Below, piece after piece: positions 59,269-64,000 of a DNA stretch of 64,000 nucleotides; position 1 is the stretch's first letter, and every line of letters starts with the position of its first letter. Made by a program: the position numbers and the translations under genes. The stretch spans positions 310,001-374,000 of the forward strand of contig NIVC01000841.1 in NCBI GenBank assembly GCA_002269645.1, read 5' to 3'. The notes under the pieces were generated by a model. It was not told the DNA's origin, searched no databases, and saw only the letters and a list, made by a program, of their open reading frames with translations. Origin of the DNA: Macrostomum lignano (lineage: Eukaryota).

Positions 59269-60469
59269 TTCTGTCTCAGTGCTAAGATTGATGGCTGAAA
59301 AGCTGAAGCCAAGTAAACTAAACCTGAATCCGCCAGGATAGATAGAACCGCTTTAAAATATATAAATACGTACAGCGTTTGGGCCGTTCTAGGGTAAGGC
59401 GGGGTCAGCTGATGCGGGGGTTAGAGGGTGTGCGGAGAGAAAGTCTACCCCTCTGTCCCTTTGAGCCCGAGTGTACATTAGATGTACATTCACCCTATAT
59501 AATCGCTCTCTGCTGGGCCTGGGGGGAAGATAAGGGGTCGGCCGGTTTAACGCGCTTGTTGTACATTAAATCTCGTCTCATTTCTCTCTTCATTCCTGGT
59601 GTGATGTCCACATTAAATCTAGCTCGCTGTTTGCTTTGTTGTGACAACGCTGTAAGAGGCTTTTTATTGAGAGGCAATAGCTACACTCTAGTAAGCTATA
59701 CTGTTTACTGTACTGGCCTACTGGCTACTATTGAAATAGGAGTTTCTAGGAAAAAATTACCCAAAGCTAAGGAGGGTTCTTGCATACTGATTATTTCTGA
59801 TGCAATGTTTAATAAAAAATATAAATTTAAACACCTGCAAACGCAAAGGCACACTGCGCTACCCTGCGCAGTTGAATTTTATGAACGCGATTAAACTGAA
59901 GCTGTATGCCCAATGTGTGTTATTGGTAGCTATTGCTTTTGCGATTGCTTGCCAAGCTTAAAGCATGCAACCCCCCCCCCTCACCAAGGCCCTAAAAATA
60001 TCTGATCTTAAATGAGCATGTGCTTAAGTTTACTATAGATAATTACATGTATGTCAGCCGGAACCAATTAGAAAGCCAGCGATTAGCCTACGAAGTAAAA
60101 ACACGTCATGATAATTCAACTTTTTTCTTGTGCATGTTTTTGTTATTATAATTATATCTGCTCTTCAGTTCCGACATTCCATACCTAACTTTTTTGTTTT
60201 AGACTAATTGTGGTTAAATATTTGAAGAAAAAACTGCGATCAATACCATTCGAAAATTTTGAGGAATTGAAGCCGAAACAGAAAATTTTTTTCATAAGTT
60301 TAAGGAATTCAATGCATTGCTTTGCAGATTGTAAAAGTTAGTAAAAAAGCAAAAAATGTTGCTTGCTAAAATTGAAATGCTATAAAGACCGATCTTTTAA
60401 GAGACTCTTAAGAAAGAAGTTTCATCTCAAATAAATTACCAATATTTGACTCGATTTTAAATTAAAAGA

Positions 60470-62820
60470 ATGCTGCCCAAAGCCTGTCTGCTGTTTGCTC
60501 TGCTGGCTGCTGTTGTTGAAGTACCGCTGATAGCGGGCAGTAGAAGTGAGTATCTATGCTAGCTTATCTATGCTAGCTTATCTATGCTAGCTTATCTATG
60601 CTAGCTTATCTATGCTAGCTTATCTATGCTAGCTTATCTATGCTAGCTTATCTATGCTAGCTTATCTATGCTAGCTTATCTATGCTAGCTTATCTATGCT
60701 AGCTTATCTATGCTAGCTTATCTATGCTAGCTTATCTATGCTAGCTTATCTATGCTAGCTTATCTATGCTAGCTTATCTATGCTAGCTTATCTATGCTAG
60801 CTTATCTATGCTAGCTTATCTATGCTAGCTTATCTATGCTAGCTTATCTATGCTAGCTTATCTATGCTAGCTTATCTATGCTAGCTTATCTATGCTAGCT
60901 TATCTATGCTAGCTTATCTATGCTAGCTTATCTATGCTAGCTTATCTATGCTAGCTTATCTATGCTAGCTTATCTATGCTAGCTTATCTATGCTAGCTTA
61001 TCTATGCTAGCTTATCTATGCTAGCTTATCTATGCTAGCTTATCTATGCTAGCTTATCTATGCTAGCTTATCTATGCTAGCTTATCTATGCTAGCTGCTG
61101 TGATAGCTTCTATGTGATTGAGTAAACTCACCGTTTTAATTAGTACAGATTGTACTAATTATAGACAGGCACTAGACAGGCACTATACACTAGCTAAGAC
61201 AGACACTATACACTAGCTAAGACAGACACTATACACTAGCTAAGACAGACACTATACACTAGCTAAGACAGACACTATACACTAGCTAAGACAGACACTA
61301 TACACTAGCTAAGACAGACACTATACACTAGCTAAGACAGACACTATACACTAGCTAAGACAGACACTATACACTAGCTAAGACAGACACTATACACTAG
61401 CTAAGACAGACACTATACACTAACTAAAGCAGGCACTATAGACTATACACTAGCTAAGACAGGCAGACAGGCAAGCAGACAAGGACACAGAAGCAATAAA
61501 GCCTGTATTATATTCTGAGCGATTGTATACTCTACACTTCAGCATTTGAGGAAGCTTACGAGGGCTGCTTCGAACCATGGTACGGCGATGGCGTGCTAAA
61601 ATTTCGCAAAAGAAAAATCGACCGTTTCATGTCGCCAAAAAAATGCTACTATTTCTGCGAGTCCTTTAAAGTCTACTCGTACTTCGGCCTAAAGAACGGC
61701 TTGGATTGCTATTGCGGCCACAGGATGCACTCGTACGCGAGGGCCTCATCAGATAAATGCCAACTCCCTTGCTCGGGTTATCCGAAAGAACTTTGCGGCG
61801 GTGAAGCATCGATGGACGTGTACCAACTGGATAGGATAAGAAGCTACCTATATGGTAAATTTTTACTGTAAAATAAATATTTTTTCTTAATACTAGCTTA
61901 ATTAATGCATGTATCTGCAGATTGAGGCAGGACTTCCGGATCTTGGGGTGGTCATCGGTTTTTTTGCTAGGGTGCCGCGTCTTCGGGAGCGTCATCTTGG
62001 GGACGTCATCGTGGGACGTCAACGTGGGGACGTCATCGTGGGGCGTCATCGTGGGACGTCATCGTGGGACGTCAACGTGGGGACGTCATCGTGGGACGTC
62101 ATCGTTGGGCTCTAAAACTAGGGGCGCCAAAGCTATTCTAGGGGGGGGGGTTGCCAATATTTTGTTTGAGTGGTGCCAATGATAATGCAAAATGCTACCC
62201 GTTTACTTTGCCAACCAATTAGCCATTCCATTGGCAAGGCCGTTGATAAAGTTTTAAGTCCACCTCACTTGAGCTGATGTTTAATCAACACCAATTAATG
62301 TTTCCAAGGTGCTAACAGAAATTGACTGCCGACCCTTACCCAAACCCAATTGCCATAACCCCATTAACAAAACCAAATCAGTCAAATTAATTGTGGTACA
62401 CAAGTCACACCGGATGAAATCTTCATTTCAAGTATTTTTGCATCCTATATTTTAGACTCTAACGAGAAGTCCAGTCTTGAATTCGCCACCACAACTCCCA
62501 AGCCCACTCTGCGGCCGCCCAACCCGAATCAGCTGGAGAACTCTCGTCATGTGGGCTGCTTTAAGCAAAACTTTTGGGAGTATGCGCTAAGTACAAATTT
62601 CGGGTTCTACTACAACCTCACTCCGCTGGTTTGCTACAACCTGTGCTACAAGAGAAGATTCGGATTCTTCGGCGTATCGAGCGGTAACAAATGCTTCTGC
62701 GATGTGCGCCTTTATCGGACGCAAATGTCGCGCAGCTGCAACGTGCCCTGCTATGGAAACGCGAATATTCATTGCGGCGGCTACAACGAAGTTGACGTCT
62801 ACGCAATCGAGAAAATCTAA
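60470..62820 (+). CDS. Secreted protein with two WSC (carbohydrate-binding) domains, 3 exons
   Basis: Exons 60470-60545 (signal peptide MLPKACLLFALLAAVVEVPLIAG), 61543-61854 and 62456-62820, with phase-1 junctions. YEGCF..C..FC..YFGL..G.DCYCG..CQLPCSG...CGG and HVGCF..C.NLC..FFGVSSG.KCFC..C.VPC.GN...CGG; Thr/Pro linker; no TM. Confidence 0.88.
60552..61096. repeat. Perfect 14-bp minisatellite (AGCTTATCTATGCT), ~39 units, WSC intron 1
   Basis: Begins directly after the GTGAGT donor. Confidence 0.97.
61170..61460. repeat. 23-bp minisatellite, WSC intron 1
   Basis: AGCTAAGACAGACACTATACACT. Confidence 0.95.
61990..62100. repeat. 13-bp minisatellite, WSC intron 2
   Basis: GGGACGTCATCGT. Confidence 0.9.
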
Positions 62821-64000
62821 ATCTATAATCTATATATACCAAACTGATATAAACTTACAATCAATAATTGCAGTGAGCCGCGTGTGAACTTGGCAATAAG
62901 AACCAAATAATATAAAAGTGAATTAATTAGTAAACGTTTATTTATGCGACTTGATTGACAATAGTGGCAGGAGGGCTGTAGGTACCCTAACGGCGTCCTT
63001 AGCTGCAAACAGCGCTGCCCATTCCGCCGACTGGATGAAATTGCAGCGGCCGGTTTGGCTTATTCCTACGTATTTTTCTATTCAAAACGCTTTGAGAACA
63101 GAGATTGATAAACAATAAGATTCTTTGTTTTTCCCCAATCGAGATAGGAAAGGCTTGCATTAAAACAAATATATCACGTTTCCAGTTTTGTTTTAACTAT
63201 CAGCTGACAAACTAAAAATTGACAAAGCTGACAAACCCTGTGTGAGCGTGTGCGCCTGCTCAGGGAAGTCTGCAGAATGGGCAGTAAAGCCTCTCTCCGG
63301 TTGTGTGACAATGACGTCTCTTAATGGCCAAAACAGGCCCACCAGGTCCACTTCATGTCGCAATGTATTTTTAGCAGTGGGAGCAAATTTATAGTCTATG
63401 GCTAATAATGAAGCTGGAGTTTAGGTGATGTGATTCGTCCACTCATTAACTGCACATGCCCAACTTGATTGTCTATGGCCAACACGTCTTGGTTCTTCTC
63501 TAAGGGGTGAGAAATTGATTGCTTTTTTTGAAATGCGTTTTTGGATACTCTGGAATAAAACGACACCAAAGCCGACTTTCTTCGACCTCTAAATGCCGAG
63601 ATATTTTGCAAATAACGGCGTCCTCGATTTAGGGTAATCGGAGTACCTCCATGGTGATCCGGCCTACTTTTAAGGGACTAACGGTGTTTAATGATGGGAT
63701 CCCTAGAATTTCTATGGCTATAAATGTACAACTGGGATTTCCTGTCATTAAACGATGGGTCGAGCTGGATCTGGGCTAAAAGCCAGCCGGCCCAATCTTA
63801 TCAAGCATCGAGACAAGCTTTGGTCCGCAGGCCCTTCTAAGAGACGGTGACAGGGCCGACAGTTCCTTCCGCAAGCTCGGAACTACGCAATTAAGTGACT
63901 TTCAATGCAATCGAAAATACAATGCTGGGCCCAAGGCGAATCCAAGCGGGTTGAATGGTCTTCATCGGCAACCGAAAGTTGTGAGAGTGTTTCATAGAGA

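Noticed and set aside
63640-64000. GC-richer unique sequence at the window end with a TATA-like motif
   Set aside because: No interpretable ORF or repeat hallmark; truncated by the window edge.

Overview
Eukaryotic (invertebrate animal) genomic DNA with spliceosomal GT-AG introns, not a prokaryotic locus; there are no CRISPR arrays, rRNA genes or true tRNA genes. The style (GC-rich exons, introns filled with homogeneous minisatellites) suggests a free-living flatworm such as Macrostomum, but that is inference only. From left to right: the 3' end of a Ty3/gypsy LTR retrotransposon (integrase, long tail, PPT, 3' LTR with a dense transcription-factor-site cassette); a 7-repeat protocadherin (-); intronless ribosomal protein eL28 (-); decayed LINE and Penelope-like remnants, the latter with a mutated minimal hammerhead ribozyme; an MFSD6-like transporter (+); a 5.5-kb satellite interrupted by a TIR/TSD-bounded non-autonomous DNA transposon; NFXL1 (+) with an intronless class A GPCR nested antisense in its last intron; cathepsin B (-) with a hairpin-associated frameshift; and a secreted two-WSC-domain protein (+). 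Two CORE-type tRNA SINE copies and other dispersed repeats are present. Most long low-complexity ORFs in the supplied track are translations of tandem repeats. Exon coordinates were read by hand from splice signals and reading phase; copy numbers are approximate.
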